A DNA stretch of 64,000 nucleotides, from contig JALGVJ010000017.1 in assembly GCA_029838195.1 (NCBI GenBank), positions 64,001 to 128,000 of the forward strand. The letters are read 5' to 3'. Below, piece after piece: positions 20,895-31,138 of the stretch. Under the pieces are notes generated by a model that did not search any database, had not been told where the DNA came from, and saw only the letters and a list, made by a program, of their open reading frames with translations. This stretch comes from Promethearchaeota archaeon (lineage in GTDB: Archaea > Asgardarchaeota > Lokiarchaeia > Sigyniarchaeales > SOKP01). Position numbers and translations under genes: made by a program. Each line of letters opens with the position of its first letter. The stretch's first letter is position 1.

Positions 20895-21427
20895 AATTTA
20901 TATTAAATTTCAAAAAAATCTTTAAAGAATCGTCATCAAATAGAAAGGACTTCAATTTGGGCTCTATATAGAGCCAAAAATAAGAAAATTACATTATTTT
21001 GAAAATCTCGGGAAGTAGCTCGGAAATAATTATATTGAAATGGATTTATTTAATAATGAGATGAAATAAAAAATAAGATTTGACACGAAATGTAGTAGCG
21101 TTCTAAAAGGGTTAAGTCAAAGCACTTTACAAGTCAAATTTATTAATTTTTAAAATCTTGAGGAGGTTAAAACCGAGAAAACATGAAAGACAAGAAATTG
21201 AAAATGCTCTTACTGACACTATAAATTGTTTAACTCAAATAATATATAATATCTTGATGAAGTGAATTTAGGAGGGGGAGGGCAAAAAATAATTCCCAAG
21301 ACCAAATTTTGAGAGAATTTAAATAGGTATAAAAATTATCCAGACGAATTGAATAAAAATTCAAAAAATCAAAAAATAAGCAATAAAAAGGGTTATTAAA
21401 AAAAAAAGAAAAATCAATTTTGAATTA

Positions 21428-22873
21428 TTATATTTTCAACCTATTGAGTTCAGCTTTATTTTTTAATATCACATCCTGAGTTAACGGAAAAAACTTCCAA
21501 AAAATCAAGGTAGCCGCGAGTAAAATGGTTCCGGGAATGACTCCTTCAAGTAAGCGAATGCCCAAAAGAACTAAATTCATATCAGGAACCACGGCAGCCA
21601 ATTTATCATAAGTATCATAGCCCTCAACGAATCCTGTAAGATTATGGACGATAGCGAAAATTAATTCATCAATATTGCCGGTAAGACGATTAAGCATTGT
21701 CGTAATTCCGATGAGAATGGCCTTTTGGTTGGTCTTCAGCTTTACGGCGAAATCATCCACTACGGATGGGAACAATATGGTAAACAAGAAAGTATTTGTA
21801 CCTCCACTGGCAATTCCGAGTATGAATGCCATGATCATGAGATCAAATAGTCCTTGAAAAAAAGTTAATGGAAATAACGCAAAACTATACGTAAGACCAG
21901 CAATTACAAATGCCTTTTTGTTGTCGTTTACTTTCTTAATAAATTTAAGCCAAAAAGGAACCGATATTAAAGTCCCTAAGAGATTTAAGCCTAAAATAAG
22001 AATATATGCATCCGAACTCTCTTGTAGAACAAAAGTTATTACATACATCAAATTTGGTATGATCAAGGCCAATGAAACCCCATAGGCTACACCGTATATG
22101 AAATATACTATGAAACTTCTCAATGTTATAATTCTTTTTAATGTCTCAAAAAAACTAATGCCTTTTTTTTCAATTTCAGGAGAAAAATATCTTTCAATCA
22201 TTACTTCATCTTCACGATTGCCGGGAAGGCTTAAAATAGCAAATATCAGACAGAATATCGCAACAACTGTACCCATGATTTGATAGCTAGCTTTCTTATC
22301 TCCGGGAATCACGTTAATAAAAAGTGCGGGTAATACAATGCCAAATATTATTGAAGAAATATCGAGCGGAACATAATATTTTGTGAAAATACGGCGTTCT
22401 TCTTCCGTTCGAAATTTATCCGGTCGAATTGTGTTTACATTAATACCCACGAGCGTGCCAAAGGTGTCATAAACAAATAATGACATTAATAACCACAAAA
22501 AAGCAGGCCAAGGATTTGAAGAAACATCGAAATCAGGGACAGAAAAGAGCAAATAAATAGAAAAGCACCATGGGACAATACCGATAACAATCCAAGGGAA
22601 ACGTCTCCCGTATTTTCTCGTGAATCGCATGTTTCTGTCAATCAGAAAACCAAAAAGCGGGTCGTTTACTGCGTTATATACGACGAAGATCGTCGAAGCA
22701 AGAAAAATCAACAAAATATTTAAACCTACAATAACTTGGTAATAAAAAAGGTAAAATCCCGACATGACAGCGCTTAATGTTGAAGAAGAAACCTGAGAAA
22801 GAGCGTTTGAAAGGAAGATCCATCTTGAATGTCTTGTTTCAGAAGATTCTTCAAAAGTACTATTTTCATTCAT
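21428..22873 (-). CDS. MFS transporter, GPH family (copy 2)
   Basis: Same length (481 aa) as, and near-identical to, 18094-19539. Confidence 0.9.
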   Translation of the reverse strand: MNENSTFEESSETRHSRWIFLSNALSQVSSSTLSAVMSGFYLFYYQVIVGLNILLIFLASTIFVVYNAVNDPLFGFLIDRNMRFTRKYGRRFPWIVIGIVPWCFSIYLLFSVPDFDVSSNPWPAFLWLLMSLFVYDTFGTLVGINVNTIRPDKFRTEEERRIFTKYYVPLDISSIIFGIVLPALFINVIPGDKKASYQIMGTVVAIFCLIFAILSLPGNREDEVMIERYFSPEIEKKGISFFETLKRIITLRSFIVYFIYGVAYGVSLALIIPNLMYVITFVLQESSDAYILILGLNLLGTLISVPFWLKFIKKVNDNKKAFVIAGLTYSFALFPLTFFQGLFDLMIMAFILGIASGGTNTFLFTILFPSVVDDFAVKLKTNQKAILIGITTMLNRLTGNIDELIFAIVHNLTGFVEGYDTYDKLAAVVPDMNLVLLGIRLLEGVIPGTILLAATLIFWKFFPLTQDVILKNKAELNRLKI

Positions 22874-23019
22874 TTTTGATTTGATTTACAAGTTTGTTTT
22901 TAAAAAAATTAGTTGTAATAATATTTAAATCTTATTAAAGATTGATTTTTCTAATATATAACATTTATTTGCATTAGTTTTTAAACCTAAGCAATAACTG
23001 AAAAAAAAAATGAGAAATA

Positions 23020-24201
23020 ATGAAGGAAAATAAAGCTGAAATCGAAATTTTATTTAAACAAATGCTTAAAGAGCAAGAGGAAAAAGCTCCGAACGATAAA
23101 ATTTATCAGAAAGACATGGAGGATGTTGGAATATTTAAAGTTCAGTGGAAGATATGCGGAATTTTAGGATATCAAATATATGAAAAGGATAAAATAAGCT
23201 ACAAGTTCGGAGAAACTTTAGAAGAGCCTGATGTTACTCTTGTTATTAGAGATAAAGAGTTAGCGGCTCGATTTCTAAAGGGAGACGTTTTTGATTTTGA
23301 TATTCTTCCGGGGTATAAAAAGGAGTATAAAATACATTACACGGAAGGTAAGAAAGTAGTCGAAACGAAAGAAGGAAAGAAAAGAGTTCCCGCCATTTCA
23401 AAACCTTTTGTAGTAGCTCGATTTAATAGAGATAAAAATTATCATCCTTATATCTTATCAAAATTACCCGTTTTTCGAAAACTTGTTGTTGAAACCCGTG
23501 TTAGTGAACATGATGTTGGCTATTACATTCCAATCAATCAATCTCTTGGAACTTATGAAAATCAAACTTTACCCGTGAAAATCATTAAGAATTTTATTGA
23601 AAAAGCGAGTAATATAATAATATTAGATTACTGTCCATGCAGAAAATATTATGGGTGTAAAGATTACGATATAAATATCGGATGCGTTTATATGGGAGAT
23701 GATACCAAAAAAATCGAACTTATTGAAGGTAAACATCATTTAGCAACAAAAGAAGAAGCTTTAGAACATGTACAACGAGCCGTTGATAATGGTTTAATTC
23801 CACTAATAGGAAGGGCAATGGATGAAGCTGTGGGATTTGGTGTGGAAGATACGGGACATTTCATGTCCATGTGTTTCTGTTGCCCTTGTTGTTGCACGAA
23901 CGTGAGGAATACGCAATATGGAACAAAGTATATTAATTTTTTCCGTAAAATGGAAGGTCTTGAGATTTCGGTGGATCCAGACCTTTGCACGGCATGCGAA
24001 ACGTGTTTAGACTCATGTGTTTTTGGTGCATTGAGCGTAGACGATATAGCCATGATTAACGAGGAAAAATGCATTGGATGTGGTCGCTGTGAGAAGGCAT
24101 GTCCAAATGATGCCATTTCATTAAAGATTACTGATCCACATGAAATTGATGAATTAATTAAAATAATCGAATCTCATGTTGATGTGACACCATCTAGTTA
24201 A
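23020..24201 (+). CDS. Fe-S protein with SCP2-like N-terminus (copy 2)
   Basis: Same length (393 aa) as, and near-identical to, 19713-20894. Confidence 0.82.
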   Translation: MKENKAEIEILFKQMLKEQEEKAPNDKIYQKDMEDVGIFKVQWKICGILGYQIYEKDKISYKFGETLEEPDVTLVIRDKELAARFLKGDVFDFDILPGYKKEYKIHYTEGKKVVETKEGKKRVPAISKPFVVARFNRDKNYHPYILSKLPVFRKLVVETRVSEHDVGYYIPINQSLGTYENQTLPVKIIKNFIEKASNIIILDYCPCRKYYGCKDYDINIGCVYMGDDTKKIELIEGKHHLATKEEALEHVQRAVDNGLIPLIGRAMDEAVGFGVEDTGHFMSMCFCCPCCCTNVRNTQYGTKYINFFRKMEGLEISVDPDLCTACETCLDSCVFGALSVDDIAMINEEKCIGCGRCEKACPNDAISLKITDPHEIDELIKIIESHVDVTPSS

Positions 24202-24456
24202 AATTTATATTAAATTTCAAAAAAATCTTTGAAGAATCCTCATCAAATAGAAAAGACTTCAATTTGGGCTCTATATAGTGCCAAAAATAAGAAAATTACC
24301 TTATTTTGAAGATCTCGGGAAATAGTTAATGAAAATTTTTTCTTTTTCCTTTTTTTCATTTTAAAATAGCTTTTTATTTTCCCTTGTTTTTAAAATTGAT
24401 TTATATCGTATTTCTAAGCAGTAATGAGATTTATACGGCATTAAACTCGGAAAAAA

Positions 24457-26481
24457 CTATATTGAGATGCGTTTTTTGCTCAATTTTGGCTTGCTGATGA
24501 GGAATCCGCATTTAGGACAAATCAGATACATGCGAAATTCTTTCATACTGGTAAAAAAACTTGCGCCAAGGATGCCAGCGGGAAGAGTAAAAAGAGATAC
24601 GCCCAAGAAAGCAAAACTAATGGTCGCTAACCGACCTGCTGTAGTTATGGGATATACATCTCCAAATCCCGTGGTGGTGAACGTGGTAACTCCAAACCAA
24701 ATCGTGGAAGGAATGCTTCGAAATTTTTCGGGTTGAGCGTCCTTTTCCAAGTGGTAAATTATGGTAGAGGCGCAGATGAGAAATATCACGCATAACAGAA
24801 TTGTAGTAAAAAATTCTTTTTTTGAATATTTGATGATAACTCCGATTATATCAAAAACAGCAAGAAAATGGCCAATTTGAAATATCACGAACATTCTCAA
24901 TGCTAATAAGACCGGAATTCCTGAGGGAAATGCATTGAACAAGAATATCGTAAGATAGAGAGAGATGAGGAAAATAAGGTCCGTGATTCCCATGAAGCTT
25001 TTAATGTAATTTAATCTCCCCTGAATCTTATCGTGAAATTTCTCTTCTTCAGCTGCAACGATACTCCAAACTCTCAGAAGGAATTCAACGGTAAAAACGA
25101 TTGCTGAAAGCATTAGAACCGTAAAAATTACGGTGCGATTTTCTTGGTAAAGAATGGGATTTGTTTCTGCCATTATGATGAGGATATTAAACGTGATGAA
25201 AGTTGCGAAAAATACGAAGATTACTACTTGTAAAATAGTATGAGGATATCTAAATTCAAGATTTTCATAAATAAACCGTTGGCGGGAGAATTGAGCGTCA
25301 TGAGTGTAGTATACATCTTGTTTTTTTACTTCTTCAAGTACTTTTTTTAAGTATTTTGGTTTTCTACCCCTAGATCGTGCAAAAACTTCTCTTAATAATT
25401 CGCTTCTTTCGATGACATGTTGACAATTTGGGCATTTTTCTAATAAGGGATTTCTCGCTTGAATTTCATCCACGAATCCCGAGCCTATAACGCTAGCAGG
25501 CAATAAGAACACTGTAATGCCAATAACGGAAATGACTGATGAAACAATCTTGCCCATCGTAGTAATAGGTGTAATTTCACCGTACCCTATAGTAAATAGA
25601 TTTATAGCAGTAAACCACATGGAACTAAATAGATTCGTAAAGACTTCCGGTTGAGCATCGTGTTCTGTAAGAAACATTAAAATCGACCCCAGGAACATTA
25701 ATAATAAAGAGAGAATGAAGGTAATCAAGAGTTCTTCCTTTTTCTCTTTAATAACCGTCCATATTATATCGAATGATTGGGAATATCGCACGAGCTTGAA
25801 GAATACGATTAAGTGAAAGATTCTAACGAATCCTCGGTATTCACTGGTCAAGGGTATGATTAAACCAAGAATGATGGCGATAATACTTGAGAGATCTACT
25901 AGAGGAAGAAAGTTACTCATGTAGCGCAAGCGCTTATAAGGCATTCCATCATATTTAGGATTAAGATCGCACGTCCATAACCTTAACAAAAATTCCACGC
26001 TAAGGATGATTGCGGCAATTATTTCAATAATAATCAAGACGTCGCGATAATCTTTTTGGATATAATCAACGGTTTCAAATATGATGGTCATGCCGCTTGC
26101 GATGGAAATTATAATGATTAAAAGAGAGAGTGCGGTTGAATATATATTAGCAAACTTTTGCGTGGTTAAAGCTGAATGTGTTTTTACTTTAATTTTCTTT
26201 GAAAATTTAAGAAAATCCTTAGTTCGCTTTTCATGAGCTCTTTTTCGAATTGAGATTGATGCAGTAATCTTATTCACGTATTTTTGTTTTTTATCGGGTA
26301 AAGTCAACTCGGTCAAGTTTGTTTTTTCTGTGTCTATATTTATTTCTTCTTTTTTCCCTTTTACAAGAATTCCTTGCTCCTCTTTTAGCTTATTCAAGGC
26401 ATCTTGATGGAATTTACTATTGATATGACGGGCAGAAGTAGGATCTTTCAGTTCCTTTCCACAAATCTCACATTTAGGCAA
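24457..26481 (-). CDS. Tandem 2x6TM potassium channel with N-terminal C2H2 zinc finger
   Basis: Two complete S1-S6 repeats (VEFLLRLW/VEFLLRVW in S2; EHDAQPE/EKDAQPE turret; filters TIGYG and TTGFG; LLPASVIG/TLPAGILG in S6); TTG start. Confidence 0.9.
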   Translation of the reverse strand: MPKCEICGKELKDPTSARHINSKFHQDALNKLKEEQGILVKGKKEEINIDTEKTNLTELTLPDKKQKYVNKITASISIRKRAHEKRTKDFLKFSKKIKVKTHSALTTQKFANIYSTALSLLIIIISIASGMTIIFETVDYIQKDYRDVLIIIEIIAAIILSVEFLLRLWTCDLNPKYDGMPYKRLRYMSNFLPLVDLSSIIAIILGLIIPLTSEYRGFVRIFHLIVFFKLVRYSQSFDIIWTVIKEKKEELLITFILSLLLMFLGSILMFLTEHDAQPEVFTNLFSSMWFTAINLFTIGYGEITPITTMGKIVSSVISVIGITVFLLPASVIGSGFVDEIQARNPLLEKCPNCQHVIERSELLREVFARSRGRKPKYLKKVLEEVKKQDVYYTHDAQFSRQRFIYENLEFRYPHTILQVVIFVFFATFITFNILIIMAETNPILYQENRTVIFTVLMLSAIVFTVEFLLRVWSIVAAEEEKFHDKIQGRLNYIKSFMGITDLIFLISLYLTIFLFNAFPSGIPVLLALRMFVIFQIGHFLAVFDIIGVIIKYSKKEFFTTILLCVIFLICASTIIYHLEKDAQPEKFRSIPSTIWFGVTTFTTTGFGDVYPITTAGRLATISFAFLGVSLFTLPAGILGASFFTSMKEFRMYLICPKCGFLISKPKLSKKRISI

Positions 26482-26924
26482 AATATATCCTCATGAAGCT
26501 TTAAACTTAACATTTTAATGATATAAATTTTATTTAAATTTTTCAAATCCGTGAAATTTAGAACGGAGAAATAAAAATTTAACATTAGATATCTTGAAAT
26601 TTGAAAAAAAGTATTGTTAAAATGAATATTTTTCAACTTAACAAGGAATGTAATCGTCTCTTTTTTTGATTGAATGGGTCTTTTATACCATTAAAATGCT
26701 TATTATCTTTAAAATGAAAAAAGATTAATTTAAATTGAGAAAAATATGATAGGCTTAGTGAAATTGGTTTTCTCATAAAAAGCTCTATTTAAGATAAATT
26801 ATTATAGATAACAAGGTTACTTTATCCTTTAGAAATAAAATGAATATGTCAATTAAAGCAAGTAATATTTTTACCGTTATGCTAAGAGCCCAAAAAAAAA
26901 AAATTTGAGGAGGTATCTTATCAA

Positions 26925-27464
26925 ATGAAAAAAGATAATAGAAAATATCAGTCGAATCTTGATTTTAAACTAATGACATTTTTTTTCAAGATTCGGGATT
27001 TATTTAGAGATCCCATGGAAAAAGTTAAAAATGCAGAAATAAAACCAGGCAATGTTGTAGTGGATTATGGATGTGGCCCTGGGAGTCATGCTGTTGCAGC
27101 GGCACAAATTGTTGGCTCCTCGGGAAAAGTCCATGCTATTGATATTCATCCATTAGCGCTTCAAAAAGTGAAAAAAAAAGCAGAAAAAAAAGGATTGGAC
27201 AATATTGAGACAATTAAAACTGATTGCAAAATTCAATTAGAAGATAATTCAATTGATATCATCACGTGTTTTGATGTCATTCATGAGCTAGACGATTTAA
27301 CGGAGCATTTAAAAGAATTTCATAGAATCTTAAAATTAAATGCATTATTAGCTGTAGATGACCATCATCTTAGTGAGTCGGATATCGTTTCACTAATCAC
27401 TCAAAATAACTGGTTTGAATTCATTAAATCTAACCAAAATGTCTATATTTTTAAAAAAATCTAA
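26925..27464 (+). CDS. Class I SAM-dependent methyltransferase
   Basis: VVDYGCGPG motif I, HAIDIH and FHRILK motifs. Confidence 0.9.
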   Translation: MKKDNRKYQSNLDFKLMTFFFKIRDLFRDPMEKVKNAEIKPGNVVVDYGCGPGSHAVAAAQIVGSSGKVHAIDIHPLALQKVKKKAEKKGLDNIETIKTDCKIQLEDNSIDIITCFDVIHELDDLTEHLKEFHRILKLNALLAVDDHHLSESDIVSLITQNNWFEFIKSNQNVYIFKKI

Positions 27465-27857
27465 ACCTTTTATGAGCGACAAAAAAGCAATAGGTTAAAA
27501 TCAGTTTCTTTTTATCTTTAATACGAGCACATGCGAAAATTGTATTAGTAAAACATGGGATGCATGAACTTAGTGATATTTTCATAATAAAAATGAAACA
27601 CGGTTAGTTTGGACTTTCTATCGAAAAATTTTTTCAAGATCAAGGGAATTTAGGTTTATCTATATCAACTATAACCGGATCTTTTTAAATATAATTAATC
27701 GAAAAGATTTACCCGGAATTTTTTCTATTTTTGCCTTTTTTAAGGAATAAGAGAATTATCCCTAATAAATTTGACAATAAAAATTGGTCCCTTTAAATTT
27801 CATATAAAATGATATACAAGGTAAAAATAAGTAGTCCGCAAGAAAAAATAAAAATAA

Positions 27858-28376
27858 GTGGTTAAAAAAAGCATGTTATCAGAAGAAATAAAAGAAAACG
27901 AGAAGATCAAAATTCAAGAACGCTTTATTAATCCTTTAGGAACGATAATTGGGGGGACAGTTATCATAATGCTTGGATTATTTTTGATGTACACCAATTT
28001 ATCCCCTTATATATTGACGCATGATCAGGTATTTTTAACGGTCTTGAAATATTTTGGGTTAATAATTGCTTTACAAGGAGGAATTGATGTAATTCGAGGG
28101 ATTATAGGAAATAATTTGGTTAGCTTTCATCAATTCTTGAAAGTTATAAAAGGAATAATATCGTTAAGTTCTATTGGATTACTGGTTATACTCTATAACA
28201 ATCCAAGCTCGATTCCATTTTACAACCATGATGAGCTTTCTAATACATTGATTCTTATTCAATCTCCCTTCGAAATGAAATGGATTCAATTAGCCCTCGT
28301 GATATTAATTGCGTTGGTAATTCTCGGTGCCCTTTCAGATATTTATAAAGCGGGAAAGTTGGAAAAATACAAATAA
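27858..28376 (+). CDS. Hypothetical 4-TM membrane protein
   Basis: Four hydrophobic segments; GTG start; no family recognised. Confidence 0.65.
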   Translation: MVKKSMLSEEIKENEKIKIQERFINPLGTIIGGTVIIMLGLFLMYTNLSPYILTHDQVFLTVLKYFGLIIALQGGIDVIRGIIGNNLVSFHQFLKVIKGIISLSSIGLLVILYNNPSSIPFYNHDELSNTLILIQSPFEMKWIQLALVILIALVILGALSDIYKAGKLEKYK

Positions 28377-28524
28377 GATTTCTTTTTCTTTTTTTATCAA
28401 ATTTGTTTTTTTCTTTCTCTTTTTTGAATTATAAGATTACTTTCTCTCGGTCTAAATAATTTCAATCAATTTTTTAAATATCTTTAGAGTTGATTCTTTT
28501 AGGCAAATTCACGAATTAAATTAC

Positions 28525-28773
28525 TTGTTGAATTCAAATTTGAAATTCTATCGCATTTTCCTTCAGTTACCATCATGAAACTTAAAATTTGAGGTTCTAC
28601 ACGTGATATTTTACTTCTAATTCATCAAAAAAACTCATTAATCTTTCGAAATTTCTGCATTCAAGTTGTTCCACTGCATTAATTCCTTTCATTCCATCAT
28701 GGGTCATCTAATTTTTAATCAAGAGTTCTTTCAACTCTTCTTTTTCTAATATTGTGACTTGTCCACCTTCCAT
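28525..28773 (-). pseudogene. DUF6125-family remnant
   Basis: MEGGQVTILEKEELKELLIKN*MTHDGM matches the (C/N)WMTHDGMW motif with TGG changed to TAG; followed by deletions and stops. Confidence 0.55.
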
Positions 28774-28985
28774 TAATTTCTAATTTACTTTTATCAAACC
28801 TTGTTAATTGATCCTTTATCAGAAATAAAATCATGTAATAACGCAAATTACTATTTTTTAATGTTTAAAACTTGGAGAAAATTTAAAAGTGTTGTTTATT
28901 CATTTTTTAGTAAATATCGCTCATTTACAATTTATTACCCCCTTAATTTATATCAAGAATTAAATTCTTTGGTGTTTGACTTTTA

Positions 28986-29504
28986 ATGGTGTTTAATCAT
29001 GAATCTCTAAAAATAATTCCCATAACTGAAAAATATTATGAAGAAAATCTTAATTTATTAAACTCTGTTATCATAGAATCGGATTTCTTGGCCCGCAACA
29101 CCCTTCTTACTTTTCAAGATACCATGAATTTTTTCAAAACCATTCTACCTCTTCCAGGAATGCTATATTTAATTGCCCTTTATCACGATACTCTTATAGG
29201 ACACGTTTCTTGCATCCCTCGAAGTGAAGAAAAATTGAGTCATGTTGCAAATATTGGATATATCGTCCATGCAAATTATCGTAAAAAAGGGGTTGGCTCA
29301 TGTCTGATGGAAGAATTAATAAAAAGGGTAAAAGAAAAGAATGTCATTAAGATTCTTATGGCGGAAGTAGCAATTGAAAACGTCGCCAGCATTAAATTAT
29401 TAGAAAAATTTCAGTTCAAAAAATCAGGACAAATCGTAAAGGGCATGTTAAAAAAACCAGGAGCTTTTTTGGATATTCTCTTGTATGCAAAATACTTATT
29501 TTAA
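28986..29504 (+). CDS. GNAT family N-acetyltransferase
   Basis: VHANYRKKGVGS acetyl-CoA loop; ENVASIKLLEKFQF. Confidence 0.9.
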   Translation: MVFNHESLKIIPITEKYYEENLNLLNSVIIESDFLARNTLLTFQDTMNFFKTILPLPGMLYLIALYHDTLIGHVSCIPRSEEKLSHVANIGYIVHANYRKKGVGSCLMEELIKRVKEKNVIKILMAEVAIENVASIKLLEKFQFKKSGQIVKGMLKKPGAFLDILLYAKYLF

Positions 29505-29713
29505 TTCAATTAAATAATTTTGTTTTAAATCCGTATTTATCTTTTTTTTTTATCATCACGGGCAAGAGAAGAAAATCCAAAATCGTTTAACGGAGTATTT
29601 TTTTCCAACACGAAATATCTGAGAAATAAACATTAAATTTTTAAATTAGAAATATTTCTATTTATTTAAAACATTAATGAATAATTATTCAAAACAAGAA
29701 AGGTAGATTAAAA

Positions 29714-30169
29714 ATGGTTATTGTAGCAGTGCCTTCTTTTGGACAAGGAGGTTTAAATGAATTTTTACATCCCCGATTTGGACGATGTGATAGTTTTACA
29801 TTTGTAACAATAGAAAATAATGATATTACATCTGTTAAATCAGTTCCGAATCATGCTGCTGATGCCATGGGTGGTGCTGGAATTCAAGCTGCCCAAATTA
29901 TTGGAAATCATGGTGCTACTGATGTTATTGTTGGATTTTTAGGACCTAATGCTTCCCAAGCATTAGCTTCTTTAAATCTAAACTTGTATCAAGCTCCTCA
30001 ACAACAAATCACCGTTAAAGATGCAATAGATCTATTCATTCAAGGAAAATTATCCAGAATGGAGGGTTCTAATGTAGGCGCTCATTATGGCATGGGTGGC
30101 GGCGGTGGTGGACGAGGCTATGGTGGAGGAGGTATGGGAAGTGGTCGTGGGCGTAGACAACAATTTTAA
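29714..30169 (+). CDS. NifB/NifX-family (COG1433) protein with Gly/Arg-rich tail
   Basis: HPRFGRC, GGAGIQAAQ and GPNA motifs; GGGGGGRGYGGGGMGSGRGRR tail. Confidence 0.9.
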   Translation: MVIVAVPSFGQGGLNEFLHPRFGRCDSFTFVTIENNDITSVKSVPNHAADAMGGAGIQAAQIIGNHGATDVIVGFLGPNASQALASLNLNLYQAPQQQITVKDAIDLFIQGKLSRMEGSNVGAHYGMGGGGGGRGYGGGGMGSGRGRRQQF

Positions 30170-30208
30170 CTCAGAATTTTTAATAAAAAATTTCTAAGTT
30201 GGTTATTC

Positions 30209-31114
30209 ATGGCCAAACCTAAAATAATCTGCGTAACTGGGGGCAAAGGTGGTACTGGAAAAACTCTTTGTGCTGTAAATCTTGCGGTCATGTTTAAAAA
30301 AAAAGGATACAATGTACTTTTAATCGATGGAGATTCGGAGAATCCTAACACGTATTTATTATTAGGTGGGAAGCTTGAGAATAAAAAGGAAGTGCTTTTT
30401 TTTACTCCAAAGATTATTGAAGAGAAATGTTCAAAATGTGGCCTTTGCGCGGAAAACTGTGTTCCCCATGCTTTATTACATATTAAAGATAGTATACCCA
30501 TTCTCATGAATGTTTTGTGTTCTGGATGTAAACTATGTTATAAAATTTGTCCCACTAAGGCCATTGAACCGGATTACAAGGTACTTGGATGGACTTATTC
30601 TACGATGGTTAAGGGATTATCATTAATTGTAGGAGAATTAAAACCGGGAGAAGCTCGATCCGCATCAATTGTAGAAACAATGATAGAACTTTTGGATACT
30701 ATTATAGAGATGGAGCCGGACAAACATGATATAATTATTTTAGATACAGCTCCGGGTGCTCATTGTGATGTAGAAGCATTAATTAAGAGAGCAGATTACG
30801 TGATTCCCGTTACAGAGCCAACTCCTTTTGGTAAAACAGATCTAATCAGAATTATAGAATTAATAGATTTATTAGGGAAAGAATATCGCGTAATTGTTAA
30901 TAGGTCATCATTGTTAGGATTTAAAGATAAATTTTTGAGTGATTTGAGGGAAAATAATATTCCAATATTGGGAGACATACCTTTAGACGATGAAATAGTG
31001 GAATCATATTGTCAAGGTATACCTTTAATGGACAATTCAAATCATTGGCAAGGTGCGGGGTATCGAGCCTTTCAAACTATTTACAAAAATTTAATAGAAT
31101 GGATAAGAAATTGA
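30209..31114 (+). CDS. MinD/ParA-type P-loop ATPase with inserted 2x[4Fe-4S] domain (COG1149)
   Basis: GGKGGTGKT, CSKCGLCAENC, CSGCKLCYKICP, DTAPG..C and VTEPTPFG motifs. Confidence 0.9.
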   Translation: MAKPKIICVTGGKGGTGKTLCAVNLAVMFKKKGYNVLLIDGDSENPNTYLLLGGKLENKKEVLFFTPKIIEEKCSKCGLCAENCVPHALLHIKDSIPILMNVLCSGCKLCYKICPTKAIEPDYKVLGWTYSTMVKGLSLIVGELKPGEARSASIVETMIELLDTIIEMEPDKHDIIILDTAPGAHCDVEALIKRADYVIPVTEPTPFGKTDLIRIIELIDLLGKEYRVIVNRSSLLGFKDKFLSDLRENNIPILGDIPLDDEIVESYCQGIPLMDNSNHWQGAGYRAFQTIYKNLIEWIRN

Positions 31115-31138
31115 GAAATACGTTAGTGAGCGAAAAAC

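Larger units (their letters stand above)
17521..24325. repeat. Tandem duplication of an MFS + Fe-S protein unit (copy 1 about 17521-21019, copy 2 about 21020-24325)
   Basis: Both genes and their intergenic sequences align; TCGG(G)AA(A/G)TA microhomology at the three junctions. Confidence 0.93.
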
